A stretch of DNA of 64,000 nt from NCBI GenBank assembly GCA_045224895.1, contig JBGVAT010000051.1, forward strand, positions 2,316-66,315. Direction: 5' to 3'. The stretch's first letter is position 1; each line of letters opens with the position of its first letter. A program made the translations under genes and the position numbers. This document shows positions 34,951 through 44,119 of this stretch, in pieces. The notes below the pieces were generated by a model. It did not search any database, had not been told where the DNA came from, and was given only the letters and a program-made list of their open reading frames with translations. The DNA is from Fibrobacter sp. (GTDB taxonomy: Bacteria > Fibrobacterota > Fibrobacteria > Fibrobacterales > Fibrobacteraceae).

Positions 34951-35024
34951 TGGGGCCTCCCGGACTTGAACCGGGAACCAACGGGTTATGAGTCCGACGC
35001 TCTAACCGATTGAGCTAAAGCCCC
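34951..35024 (-). tRNA. tRNA with CAU anticodon (elongator Met or lysidine-modified Ile2; not initiator)
   Basis: 74-nt cloverleaf folded by hand: acceptor GGGGCUU/AGGCCCC, D-arm GCUC/GAGC, loop CUCAUAA, T-arm CCCGG-UUCAAGU-CCGGG, discriminator A. No encoded CCA. Confidence 0.85.
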
Positions 35025-36448
35025 AGCTCTCCCAAAATTAGTAAATATTTCGAGATTGTCTTAGCCCACTCGTAGTGGAATCCGCTGTAGGCGTTGACGA
35101 CGCATTTGTCCCAATCGGCGACTTCCGTGTTGTACACATTGATGGCGTCCTTGATGCGGCGCAGCATCTGGTGCGGTGCGTTTGCATCGTCGACGAGGAA
35201 TGCGTTTGCTTCGCCTGCGGTCTCGAGCGTGTAGTCGGTGAGCATGCTGGCGATGCCCACGTTACGTCCGGTGAGCGGGAGCGTTCCTGCGGCCATGGAC
35301 TTGAGGATGATCGAGGCGGACGGCTCCTGCAGGTTGGCGGCGAAGAGGAGGTCTGCTGCTGCGAGTGTGTCGCGGAGCTTTTCTCTGTTGTTCGCTTCTT
35401 CGGAATCGAACTGGAGGATGCGGACGAAGTTGCCGTACTGGCTGGCGACGTCCTGGTAGTAGTTCCATTCCGGATGTTCCGGAGAAATGCCTACGATGAT
35501 GAGGACGTTCTGCTTGGCGATGTCCGAAAGGATGGTCGCAAGCGTCTCGGAGGCGTTGCCCGATTCCATGTCCATGTGGCTATAGATGATCAGCGTGTGC
35601 GAGAGGTCCATGCCGAACTGGCTGCCGAGGCTCGCTTTGGCGCTGCGCTTGGCTTCCTTGATGGGGCGCTTTGCCTGGTCGTTGAAATCCCAGAACTTGT
35701 AGTTCACGCCGAACTGGATGCCGATGAGCTTTTCGCTGTTGCGGTTCAAAAATCCGCTGAGCCCGCCGGGGAGGTTCGAACTGAGCATGGCGTCGCGGTA
35801 GCCCGTGGACGGGAACATCACCTTGTTGGCGTACAGGATGCCGGCCTTGAGGAGGCTGACCTTGCCCCAGAACTCGTAGCCGTCCATATTGAAGTCCTTG
35901 CGGGGAAGACCGATTTTTTCGATTTCGCTCGGCTGGACGTGGAAGTCGTAGGTGATGTTGTGGACGTTGAAGAAGAACGGGACGTTGTGGAATTTTTCCT
36001 GGTATACGGTATGGCACAGGGCTCCGACGAGGGCGCCGCCCCATTCATGCCCGAGAATCGCCTGGAATTCGATGCCGCACTGGGCGCTGTAAGAGAGTGC
36101 CGCCGACGCAAGCAGGGCGAACCTCAGGTGGTTGTCACTGTAGGGGAGGGCGTGCGGAGGTCCGTAAACGTAGGGGCGTCCGAAATACTCTTCGTTATAG
36201 ATATAGGTGTGGAATGGATCGTCATCAGAGCGCCAGACCTCGAAAGGCTTGTTTTGCAGGGCTTCTACCCCTTGGTAGACGCAGTGATACTTGTCGGAAT
36301 CAATGATATGGTCTTTATAGAATGGCGAACAGGTAACAACCTTGGAACCGGCATCGGCGAATGCCGTTGTCATGCAGTTCACTGCGGTCGCGAGCGGACT
36401 AGGTACCTTCCAGTTCCCCGCTTCTGGAGTTACGACGAGTATATTCAT
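35015..36448 (-). CDS. glgA: Glycogen/starch synthase-like glycosyltransferase (GT5, divergent)
   Basis: MNILVVTPEAGNW...VVTCSPFY N-terminus, HEWGGALVG, and a C-terminal GT-B half. The canonical KTGGL is absent, so the call is moderate. The last 10 nt overlap the tRNA 5' end. Confidence 0.6.
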   Translation of the reverse strand: MNILVVTPEAGNWKVPSPLATAVNCMTTAFADAGSKVVTCSPFYKDHIIDSDKYHCVYQGVEALQNKPFEVWRSDDDPFHTYIYNEEYFGRPYVYGPPHALPYSDNHLRFALLASAALSYSAQCGIEFQAILGHEWGGALVGALCHTVYQEKFHNVPFFFNVHNITYDFHVQPSEIEKIGLPRKDFNMDGYEFWGKVSLLKAGILYANKVMFPSTGYRDAMLSSNLPGGLSGFLNRNSEKLIGIQFGVNYKFWDFNDQAKRPIKEAKRSAKASLGSQFGMDLSHTLIIYSHMDMESGNASETLATILSDIAKQNVLIIVGISPEHPEWNYYQDVASQYGNFVRILQFDSEEANNREKLRDTLAAADLLFAANLQEPSASIILKSMAAGTLPLTGRNVGIASMLTDYTLETAGEANAFLVDDANAPHQMLRRIKDAINVYNTEVADWDKCVVNAYSGFHYEWAKTISKYLLILGELGL

Positions 36449-36604
36449 TGATTTTATGCACTCCAAATAAAAATTTACCTACAAAAGTAAGTATGTATAA
36501 ATTTATTTATTTAAATTTCAACCGAAAGGGTGTATTTTATTTTTTAACGTGATAAAGAGTCCTTTTCATCGTTTTCTAATATAACTTCATCTGAAGGATA
36601 CAAA

Positions 36605-37660
36605 ATGAAGAAAATTTTCATTGCTGCTATGGCTGCCGCCGTCGCTTTCACGCTGGCTGGCTGTAAGGGTACGAACGAAAAGCGCGGTGACGAACACCTT
36701 AAGGAAGGCCGTTTCCGCAATGCCATCAATTCTTATCTCGAAGCTAAGAAGAAGGGCAAAATGTCCGACGAATTCTTCGACAATTTCACCCTCGCTCTCG
36801 TGCGCGCTGGCGATATGGAATCCAAGAAGGACTTGAGCAGCGACCTCATCAACAACTACTTTGACAAGGCTACTATCAATATTCCTAATGTCAAGGAAGA
36901 TGCTACCATTGAAGAATACGTGAAGACTCTTGGTGAAATCGGTAAGCGCCAGGCTGCACAGGAAGGTGTGGACTACGCAACGATCATCAACGCTTTTGCA
37001 AAGATCGACTCTGCTGAAAAGGTTGCAAAGACCCGTCACGTTGGCGAATCTGCCATCAAGAGCATCCGCGAAGAAACTGAAAAGCTCTATGTGGCCCGCA
37101 ACCTGGGCGAAGCTACCGGTGAAGACGATCCGGTCGTGAAGGAATACTTGCTCCTCCGTATGGCTGCCATGGCTCCGACCAATGCTGAAGTCCAGGCCGC
37201 CTTGAACAAGAGCCGCAAGGTCACCCGTGGTTACTTCCTCATCTTTGGTGAAAACATTCCGGACTTGAGCGGCAAACACAAGGTGGACAAGTGGGGCTAT
37301 GTGATGGCTATGCCGACCCTCAAGATGACCAAGAATTCCCTCGCTGGCGAACTCCAGTTCTGGGCTTCTACGGGTAACAACACCGAACTCGATCCGTCCT
37401 TGATCAAGCTCGTGTCCACGGATGGCAAGGAAGTTTTTGCCAAGGGCAACACTGGCTGGTGCGAAGCCGAAGTCCTCGTTGGCAAGAAGGGTGACGAAAA
37501 GATTGAAAAGAAGCAGAAGAAGTTCAAGGGCAAGGGCAAGTTGATGAACGAATTCCAGTGCTCTGTGAACATCAGCTTCTCTTTCCCGAACGGTTTTGTT
37601 CCGGACTACATCGAATACAAGGATAAGTTCGGTGAAGGCCGCAAGTACCTCGGTCACTAA
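36605..37660 (+). CDS. Hypothetical lipoprotein
   Basis: MKKIFIAAMAAAVAFTLAGC lipobox with SD aaggat upstream. No family recognised. The equally long antisense ORF is rejected. Confidence 0.75.
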   Translation: MKKIFIAAMAAAVAFTLAGCKGTNEKRGDEHLKEGRFRNAINSYLEAKKKGKMSDEFFDNFTLALVRAGDMESKKDLSSDLINNYFDKATINIPNVKEDATIEEYVKTLGEIGKRQAAQEGVDYATIINAFAKIDSAEKVAKTRHVGESAIKSIREETEKLYVARNLGEATGEDDPVVKEYLLLRMAAMAPTNAEVQAALNKSRKVTRGYFLIFGENIPDLSGKHKVDKWGYVMAMPTLKMTKNSLAGELQFWASTGNNTELDPSLIKLVSTDGKEVFAKGNTGWCEAEVLVGKKGDEKIEKKQKKFKGKGKLMNEFQCSVNISFSFPNGFVPDYIEYKDKFGEGRKYLGH

Positions 37661-37732
37661 TTCATAACTGAATTAAAGAACGTTTAGGGCTCGCCGCAAT
37701 GCGCGACGGGTCTTTTTTTTGTGTGGTTCTAC

Positions 37733-37950
37733 GTAAGGTGATCCCGGCACGGAGACCGGGATGACAGCAACAAGACATGTTGTGTCCTTCTTGTCACCCC
37801 GGACTTAATGTCATCCCGCACTTGTTGCGGGACGGGGTCGCCTTTGGGACTGTGTAAGGTGATGCCGGAACGGGGTCCGGCATGACAGCAACAACGGGGT
37901 CCGGCATGACAAAGGGGCCGGCATGATAGTAACAACGAGGTCGGCTTGGC
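37733..37950. repeat. Cluster of REP-like hairpin units (reverse orientation relative to 40-347)
   Basis: gtaaggtgatCCCGGcacggagaCCGGGatgacagcaacaa and gtaaggtgatGCCGGaacggggtCCGGCatgacagcaacaa, plus further ccggcatga units and a ggggtcgcc unit. Confidence 0.8.
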
Positions 37951-38035
37951 ACAAAAAAATCCCCGACGGAGAGTCGGGGAAACACATATGTCTTTTTATA
38001 GGGCGGTGCCCGCTCGGTGGCGGGCATGACAAATG

Positions 38036-39160
38036 TTAGAAGTCGGCGTGGGCGCTCATGCCGAGAGCGAACTTCGTCTTGCCGACCACCGGGTTCTTGT
38101 CTTCGCTAAAGTTGTAGCCGAACCAGAACACGAGATTCGTGTTGAGCGTCGGGTAGACGTAGAAGTTCATACCGAGGAATTCGAATTCGTCATCCTTGAT
38201 TTCGGAATCCGGATCGTGGTATTCAAAGCTTACGCCCATGGTGAACTTCTTGGAAATGTTGAAGCTCGGTTCGACGGAGAAGAGCATCTGGTCATCCGTG
38301 AAAAGCTGCGGGGCGGCTTCGTAGTTCTTGTCGACGATTGTGTAGAAGTAGTCGAAGCCCAAGTTGAAGATGCCGTAGTTCAAGCTCGGTTCCACGAGGA
38401 AGGAGTAGACGTTGTGGCCCTTGTACGGGTGCATGCCGTAAACGGCGTAGATGCTGTAGTTGAGAACTTCGTAGCTCTTGGAATAGTCGAGTTCCGTACC
38501 GAAGGTGTAGCCATAGCCACGGCCAAGTTCAGAACCGAAAGCCCAGTCCACGCTAGGGGTGATGGTCAGGTGTTCGTCCGGGGCGTTCAACAGCTTGAAT
38601 GCATAGGAGGCGAATACTGCGATGGAGCTCTTGCTGTCGTCGGTGGCGCCGATGTAGGCCTTGCCTTCGCCAAACTTGCTATTGCCGAGTTCCACACCGA
38701 AACCGCGGACGCTTTCGGTCTTGGAGATCACTGCGTAGCGGTCGGTATCGCGCCAGAAGTAGTAATTGAATGCGCCTGCATTGTAGGCGAGGTCACCGAA
38801 TACGAAGCTTACGTCCTGGAACGGATTCCAGCGGAGTTCCACGCCGTCGAAGTTGAATGCCGTGTAGCGGTTGTCGTTATCGTTGATGGCGGTCGAACGG
38901 GCCATGCCGTGGCGGATTTCGGCGGTGCCATCGCCGTTCGAAATGTTGCTTTTCGTGTTCGTGTAGACCGTGACGGAGACCTTTTCGTCGAGGTGGGCCG
39001 TCACAGAAAGGTCGATGTCCTGGTTGGCGGCGTTGGTCGGGTCAAAATCCTTGTCGAAATAGCTGGCGTAGTCAAAATCGACGTTTCCGTTGATTTCGAT
39101 GTCGGCGGCGGTTGCAAAACCGGTAGCGGCAAGGGCAATCGGCAAAATGAGTTTACGCAT
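38036..39160 (-). CDS. Outer-membrane beta-barrel porin-like protein
   Basis: Signal peptide MRKLILPIALAATGFATA, alternating-hydrophobicity strands, C-terminal ...GMSAHADF (terminal Phe). Confidence 0.75.
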   Translation of the reverse strand: MRKLILPIALAATGFATAADIEINGNVDFDYASYFDKDFDPTNAANQDIDLSVTAHLDEKVSVTVYTNTKSNISNGDGTAEIRHGMARSTAINDNDNRYTAFNFDGVELRWNPFQDVSFVFGDLAYNAGAFNYYFWRDTDRYAVISKTESVRGFGVELGNSKFGEGKAYIGATDDSKSSIAVFASYAFKLLNAPDEHLTITPSVDWAFGSELGRGYGYTFGTELDYSKSYEVLNYSIYAVYGMHPYKGHNVYSFLVEPSLNYGIFNLGFDYFYTIVDKNYEAAPQLFTDDQMLFSVEPSFNISKKFTMGVSFEYHDPDSEIKDDEFEFLGMNFYVYPTLNTNLVFWFGYNFSEDKNPVVGKTKFALGMSAHADF

Positions 39161-39323
39161 ATAATCCTTCTTAAAAAGGTTTACTTGATTTTTACGTGCA
39201 AAAGATAGAAATATCTTCGTCGCAAGACCAATGTTTTGTTTCTATTAGACATAAAATAGGAATATGCAATATCTTGATGGTTACAGTTTTGTAAATTTAA
39301 TGGTGTCTTTAATAAAGGTGGAT

Positions 39324-39956
39324 ATGAAGCTTTCCTCCCGTGTTATTCTTTTTTTGTCTCTTGCGCTTGCGCAAGGTGTTTTTGCGTTGACGGCGGACCA
39401 GGTTCTGGACAAGTCCAAGGCGTGGTTCAAGTCGGGTAAGGCCTGGAGCCTCAATTTCAGGGCGCAGATATTCCAGACGGATTCTCCCGAAATGCAGACC
39501 CAGTCGGGCAGCCTCGTGGTCACCGAAGGGGACAAGTTCAAGCTGGACCTTTCGGGGATCAAGTTCTATAGCGATGGCGAAAGCCTTTGGCAGTGGAATG
39601 TGGAACAGAAACAGGTCCTTATTAAGGCGGTGGAGGACTTGTCGAGTTCTCTACACCCCTCCGAACTCCTGTTCAAGTATTTAAACTGCAAGGCGCTCGA
39701 AATGAGCGAGGCCGAGTACTCCAAGCAGAAGCTCTGGGCGTTAAAGCTTGACCCTGCGAAATATGCGGGGCAGTTTACCAAGATGGAAGTCTGGCTTTCG
39801 CAAAAGGATTTTTCTCCGGTGCGCCTCTATACAGAAGACCCGTCAGGCAACAGTACCTGGTATAGCATTGTCAATCTGAAAGTGGTCAAGAATGTTTCTA
39901 ACGAAGATTTCAAGTACAAGCCTGTCGCAGGCGTCGACGAAATCGATATGAGGTAG
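39324..39956 (+). CDS. LolA-like (outer-membrane lipoprotein carrier fold) periplasmic protein
   Basis: Signal peptide, then ...WSLNFRAQIFQTDSPEMQTQSGSLVVTEGDKFKLDLSGIKFYSDGESLWQWNVEQKQVLIK, a LolA-family pattern. Confidence 0.65.
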   Translation: MKLSSRVILFLSLALAQGVFALTADQVLDKSKAWFKSGKAWSLNFRAQIFQTDSPEMQTQSGSLVVTEGDKFKLDLSGIKFYSDGESLWQWNVEQKQVLIKAVEDLSSSLHPSELLFKYLNCKALEMSEAEYSKQKLWALKLDPAKYAGQFTKMEVWLSQKDFSPVRLYTEDPSGNSTWYSIVNLKVVKNVSNEDFKYKPVAGVDEIDMR

Positions 39957-39959
39957 CTT

Positions 39960-41606
39960 GTGAAAATGGGCATGACGAAAAAATCGTTCGCACTTGCCGC
40001 TAGCCTCTTTGTGGGGGGATGCGCCTTGTGCGGTAGCGCTTTTGCGGGTGAAACGCTGTTTGGCAACTATGTGTTTGCCGTTGCGCCGACGGGTGAAAAC
40101 GGAAAGCTGTGGGCGTTTTCACAAGACAATGTTAACAGCGGCGTGACGTATTTGAGTTTCAGGGTTGCCGAAAACGGTTCTATTGTGACGGAATCGACTA
40201 AGAAGGAGCAGGTTTCGGATACGTTGACTGCGGTCCATGACGGAATGCAGTACGTGATTATCCAGGATGAACTGGCCGAACTGAGACGCCTCCCTGCTGT
40301 TTATACGGAATCGAAGCTAGGGCTTGTACTTCCGATGTTTTCGATGGATAAGGATGACCGCTACCTGCAACCGGCGGGATTCTTTGGATTCCGTAGCTTG
40401 GACAATCTCAATGAGTATCCTATAGATGTCCCGTCTGCTGCCGAAGATCTTGAAAAGCCGATGCAGTATGCGATGACGGGCTTTGCTTACGATGAATCGG
40501 CAAAACGCCTGTGGGTGGCTCGTGGAGCCCTGGGCGTCATGGTTCACGATATGTCCGGAAGCAAAAGCAAGGATACTACTTTTGTCCTGAACCCGGAAAC
40601 GAAAAAGCTGGAAGTGTTCAAGGAAAGTTCTTCGATCGACTTGAAGAAAAATCCGGAAATCTTCGATGTGCGCGTGCATCCGAAGACTGGCGACCTTTGG
40701 CTTGCGACAGCGAAGGGCGTCTGGGTCAAGTCTTCTAGCGGGCTTACGAATGTTTCGGAATCTTTGAAAGATTCTCGAGTGACTGGCCTTTGGATGGGTG
40801 GCTCTCCGCTCCAGATTATAGCCGAAACGAGTTACAAAAAGGATCAGTCTGTTGTGGGTGGACTTTGGAGACTCTATGGCGACAAGACCAAGGATTTTGT
40901 CAAGGTGAATTTCTTGGATACCGCAGGCAAGGTCCAGAAAAAGGATATCTATGACGATGCCGACTACACGGTGGGCGATGTCGCCTTTATCGGAAAGAAC
41001 GCCTTTGTGTTGGTGAGTGTCGTGGGTGGCTCGATTAGCGGATTCTTTAAGATGGATTCGCTTGGCGTCAAGGCTTGGGAACAGGACGATGACGGAAAGA
41101 ACCAGTGGCTGTATGGCTATGAAACCGGTGCCACGGATCGCAAGATGAGAATCACGTCTCTGACTTCGTTCCCGCTTTCGGATAAGCGGATGGGCCTTGC
41201 TATCGGTACGTTTGGAAACGGAATTTCTGTTTCGGCGGACTCGGGGGCAACCTGGACGGTCGTGCTGAATCGCGCCAAGCTGAACAACAATCTGGGCAGT
41301 GTCCGCATGGTGCCGTCCGTGATTACTCCGGGCGACGAATCCCTTGTCTCGTACAAGGTGGGCAAGGAGTCCAAGGTGACGATCGAAGTGTTCAGTTATG
41401 ATATGCGCAAGGTGCGTACCATCGTGAAAGATGCTGTGCGTAATGCCGATGCGTCGCGAAGCACCAATCCGAAGGAAGATTTCTGGGATGGCCGCGATGA
41501 CCATGGCAAGGATTGCACGATGGGCGTTTATTATATCAGGGTGAAGGACAACCACGGTCATATTGGCTGGGGCAAGGCGATGACGCTTGGAGGTAACTTC
41601 AGATGA
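39960..41606 (+). CDS. Secreted protein with C-terminal FlgD-Ig-like beta-sandwich
   Basis: Signal/lipobox-like FVGGCALCGSAFA. C-terminal VTIEVFSYDMRKVRTIV...FWDGRDDHGKDCTMGVYYIRV. The long antisense ORFs are rejected. Confidence 0.6.
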   Translation: MKMGMTKKSFALAASLFVGGCALCGSAFAGETLFGNYVFAVAPTGENGKLWAFSQDNVNSGVTYLSFRVAENGSIVTESTKKEQVSDTLTAVHDGMQYVIIQDELAELRRLPAVYTESKLGLVLPMFSMDKDDRYLQPAGFFGFRSLDNLNEYPIDVPSAAEDLEKPMQYAMTGFAYDESAKRLWVARGALGVMVHDMSGSKSKDTTFVLNPETKKLEVFKESSSIDLKKNPEIFDVRVHPKTGDLWLATAKGVWVKSSSGLTNVSESLKDSRVTGLWMGGSPLQIIAETSYKKDQSVVGGLWRLYGDKTKDFVKVNFLDTAGKVQKKDIYDDADYTVGDVAFIGKNAFVLVSVVGGSISGFFKMDSLGVKAWEQDDDGKNQWLYGYETGATDRKMRITSLTSFPLSDKRMGLAIGTFGNGISVSADSGATWTVVLNRAKLNNNLGSVRMVPSVITPGDESLVSYKVGKESKVTIEVFSYDMRKVRTIVKDAVRNADASRSTNPKEDFWDGRDDHGKDCTMGVYYIRVKDNHGHIGWGKAMTLGGNFR

Positions 41607-42646
41607 TCAAGTTGAAGAATCTTGTTGTTGCCGCCTTGGCGGTTGGTGCGTTTGCATCTTCGGCGATGGCTATTGGCTTTACCAAAAAGTCTGAGCTCGG
41701 TGGTTTTGACGGCTTTGTGGAACGTATGGGCGCTGGTGTCCGTGAACTTGGCCGTGGTAACACGGGTACTGCTGATACGGCTTCTATGCCGGCTGCTTAC
41801 TGGAACCCGGCCTTGCTCGGTTTCCGTGAAAATCTTGGAATCACGATCAACGCCGAAAAGCGTGACCTGGACCGTATGGGCGGTTCCTTTGGTATCGAAG
41901 GAAAGGTCGGCAAGCGTATGGGTGTTGGCTTTGCGATGCTCTACCGTGGCGACTTGGACTTTAAGGTGATTGACGAGGATGACGAAACGCTTGGTTCGGC
42001 AACCCCGTTCTTTACGATGATGTACCTGGGTTTTGCTTATCGTGCCACGCGACAGGATGCGTTTGGCCTTTCGCTTTCGATGAGCTACGACAATTTGGAC
42101 ATTGCCGAATATTACAGTGGTGTCGAAGAATCGTTCCGCAGTCCGGTGACGATTAACCTCGGCTGGTACCGCCAGTGGAATTCTAAATGGACTTCGGCTG
42201 TTGTCATCCGTAACTTGAGTTTTAGTAAGAATTTGTCTGCGAAGTGGACGAAGAATCCGAGTTCCGATAACTCTCTGGCATCTACAGAAGGCGTGCGCCC
42301 GAAGGTGTTGCAGATTGGTCTTGGATACCATTCGACGATCAAGGGTAAACCGGTCCGTGCATGGCTCGAAGCGCTCGATTATCAGGTGGCCGATACGCTG
42401 CTTGCATTTGACCCGCAGCTCCATGTTTGGACGGGACGCGTGGGTTTTGAATGTGAAGTGATCCCCAATGCGACGGTTCGCGTGGGTATGGACGATTTGG
42501 ACTGGATGATTGGTGCGGGTTACAAGTTCGATATCCGCATTGGCCGCAAGAAGTATCCGATTGAAGTGAACTATGCGTTCCTTTACGAAACTCGTGCGGG
42601 ACTCTGGTCTCCGTTTAGCCTTGGCTTGAGGGGCTACATCCCTTGA
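41603..42646 (+). CDS. Outer-membrane beta-barrel protein (PorV/PorQ- or FadL-like)
   Basis: Signal peptide. GRGNTGTADTASMPAAYWNPALLG resembles the PorV/PorQ N-terminal motif. The ATGA overlaps the upstream stop. The family call is tentative. Confidence 0.55.
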   Translation: MIKLKNLVVAALAVGAFASSAMAIGFTKKSELGGFDGFVERMGAGVRELGRGNTGTADTASMPAAYWNPALLGFRENLGITINAEKRDLDRMGGSFGIEGKVGKRMGVGFAMLYRGDLDFKVIDEDDETLGSATPFFTMMYLGFAYRATRQDAFGLSLSMSYDNLDIAEYYSGVEESFRSPVTINLGWYRQWNSKWTSAVVIRNLSFSKNLSAKWTKNPSSDNSLASTEGVRPKVLQIGLGYHSTIKGKPVRAWLEALDYQVADTLLAFDPQLHVWTGRVGFECEVIPNATVRVGMDDLDWMIGAGYKFDIRIGRKKYPIEVNYAFLYETRAGLWSPFSLGLRGYIP

Positions 42647-43938
42647 TTTCGAAGGTCTTTATTTCGAAGGTGCGCAGCCTGGATGCCATGGACTGCGACT
42701 TCGATGCGGGCATAAACGTGATTTGCGGCCCGAATGGTTGCGGAAAGACGACCATTCTGGAGTCCATTCATTTGCTTGCGCAGGGGTTCTCGTTTCGGTC
42801 GCGCGATTTGCGTGAACTGATTGCGTGGAAGAATAACGAACTGATATTGCGTGGTGAGTTTAATGACGAAGGGCGTTCGCGGATGCGAGCGCTTCGCCTG
42901 TATTCTCGCGGGAGCGAAGTCCGTGAAAACGGGGAATCGTTAAAGTCCCCGACCGCTTTTTTCGGGACGTGCCCGGCGGTGATTATGCAGCCCTCGGACA
43001 TCGAGCTTTTGCGTGGCGGGCCCGAGGTGCGCAGGCATTGGCTCGACGAAATTCTCTGTTACCGTTCGGCGTCGAATGCGCAGGTGCTGCGCCGTTACAA
43101 GCGCGTGTTGCAGCAGCGCAATAAATGGCTCAAAGAATTCAAGCAGAATGGAGCCGCGGTCGGTGGCGAGGACTTGTTCCGCGTTTTGACGCAGCAGCTG
43201 ATTGACCTTGGCGCAAAGCTTTGGGCGGCGAGGCTTTCGCTATCGAAGGAAGTTTCCGAGATTATCACGCGGTATTACCGTAAGCTTTCGGGCGGTGTGG
43301 ATGAAATCACTTGTGCGTACAAGAGTTCGATTCTCAAGACGCTGGATGCGCTCGATGTTGCCGACTCGCTGTCGGACGAGATGATGGATGAAATCCCGAC
43401 GGATGCTGCTGTACGTGCCGTGAGTGATGCCGAAATCGCGAAGGTCGCTGCCGATAAGACTGTCGCTTATGATGCTGGCGGAAATGTGCCGGGTTCTGCT
43501 GTGGATTGCGCAGGGACCGATGATTCCGGCGATGATGTGGTGAGCGAGGAAATGCTACGGAATGCGTTTGCGCGGAAGCTTGCAGACTTGGAATTTGTGG
43601 AACGCTTGCAGGGCATGACGATGGCGGGGCCGCATCGTGATGATTTGTCGCTTTGCGTTTCGGGCTACGAGATGCGTTCTGTCGGGTCGCAGGGGCAGTG
43701 CCGTTCGGCGGCGGTGGCGATGCGATTTGCTGCGGTGGATGTGGCGTCACGCTATTTGACGAAACCGATTTTGCTGTTGGACGATATTTTTGCAGAGCTG
43801 GATGTGAACCGCCGTGATGCGGTAGCTTCGCTCATTCGCGAAAAGCAGTGCCAGGTGGTGATTGCAACGCCGCAGGCGGAAGATTTGCCGTTTAAGGCGG
43901 ACGTTGAGATTAAGTTAGAAGTAGGAAGTAGGAAGTAG
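42643..43938 (+). CDS. recF: DNA replication/repair protein RecF (with ~70-aa acidic insertion)
   Basis: Walker A GPNGCGKTTILESI, GPHRDDL, signature SQGQCRSAAVAMRFA, Walker B LLLDDIFAELD. TTG start overlaps the upstream TGA. Confidence 0.9.
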   Translation: MISKVFISKVRSLDAMDCDFDAGINVICGPNGCGKTTILESIHLLAQGFSFRSRDLRELIAWKNNELILRGEFNDEGRSRMRALRLYSRGSEVRENGESLKSPTAFFGTCPAVIMQPSDIELLRGGPEVRRHWLDEILCYRSASNAQVLRRYKRVLQQRNKWLKEFKQNGAAVGGEDLFRVLTQQLIDLGAKLWAARLSLSKEVSEIITRYYRKLSGGVDEITCAYKSSILKTLDALDVADSLSDEMMDEIPTDAAVRAVSDAEIAKVAADKTVAYDAGGNVPGSAVDCAGTDDSGDDVVSEEMLRNAFARKLADLEFVERLQGMTMAGPHRDDLSLCVSGYEMRSVGSQGQCRSAAVAMRFAAVDVASRYLTKPILLLDDIFAELDVNRRDAVASLIREKQCQVVIATPQAEDLPFKADVEIKLEVGSRK

Positions 43939-43952
43939 GAAGTAGGAAGGGG
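43918..43952. repeat. Heptanucleotide tandem repeat (gaagtag x4 + gaagggg) spanning the recF stop codon
   Basis: Read directly. The recF TAG (43936-43938) lies in the third unit. Confidence 0.9.
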
Positions 43953-43955
43953 AAA

Positions 43956-43984
43956 GGCGACCCCGCAACTGGTGCGGGGTGACA
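43956..43984. repeat. REP-like hairpin unit
   Basis: ggcgaCCCCGCaactggtGCGGGGtgaca has the same flanks as the unit at 145-166. Confidence 0.55.
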
Positions 43985-44119
43985 ATGTAGCCGAGGCTGA
44001 AATCAGGGGACAACTGATCAAGGCGAATATCGCGACAGACCGTTTACGGGCTGGCATGATTGAGCCGAACAGTTGGGACTTGAATGAAATGAAAGTCCCA
44101 CGCTTCCCCCTTTATATAA

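Noticed and set aside
34951-35024. Initiator tRNA-fMet assignment, suggested by similarity of the anticodon stem-loop to the UCGGGCUCAUAACCCGA type.
   Set aside because: Position 1-72 is a G-C pair (bacterial initiators have a C1-A72 mismatch), and the three consecutive G-C pairs are not intact. It is called elongator Met/Ile2 instead.
37733-37950. Possible CRISPR array or other regularly spaced repeat array in the REP clusters.
   Set aside because: The units are palindromic, irregularly spaced, occur in both orientations and have no unique spacers of constant length. No cas genes are present in the window.
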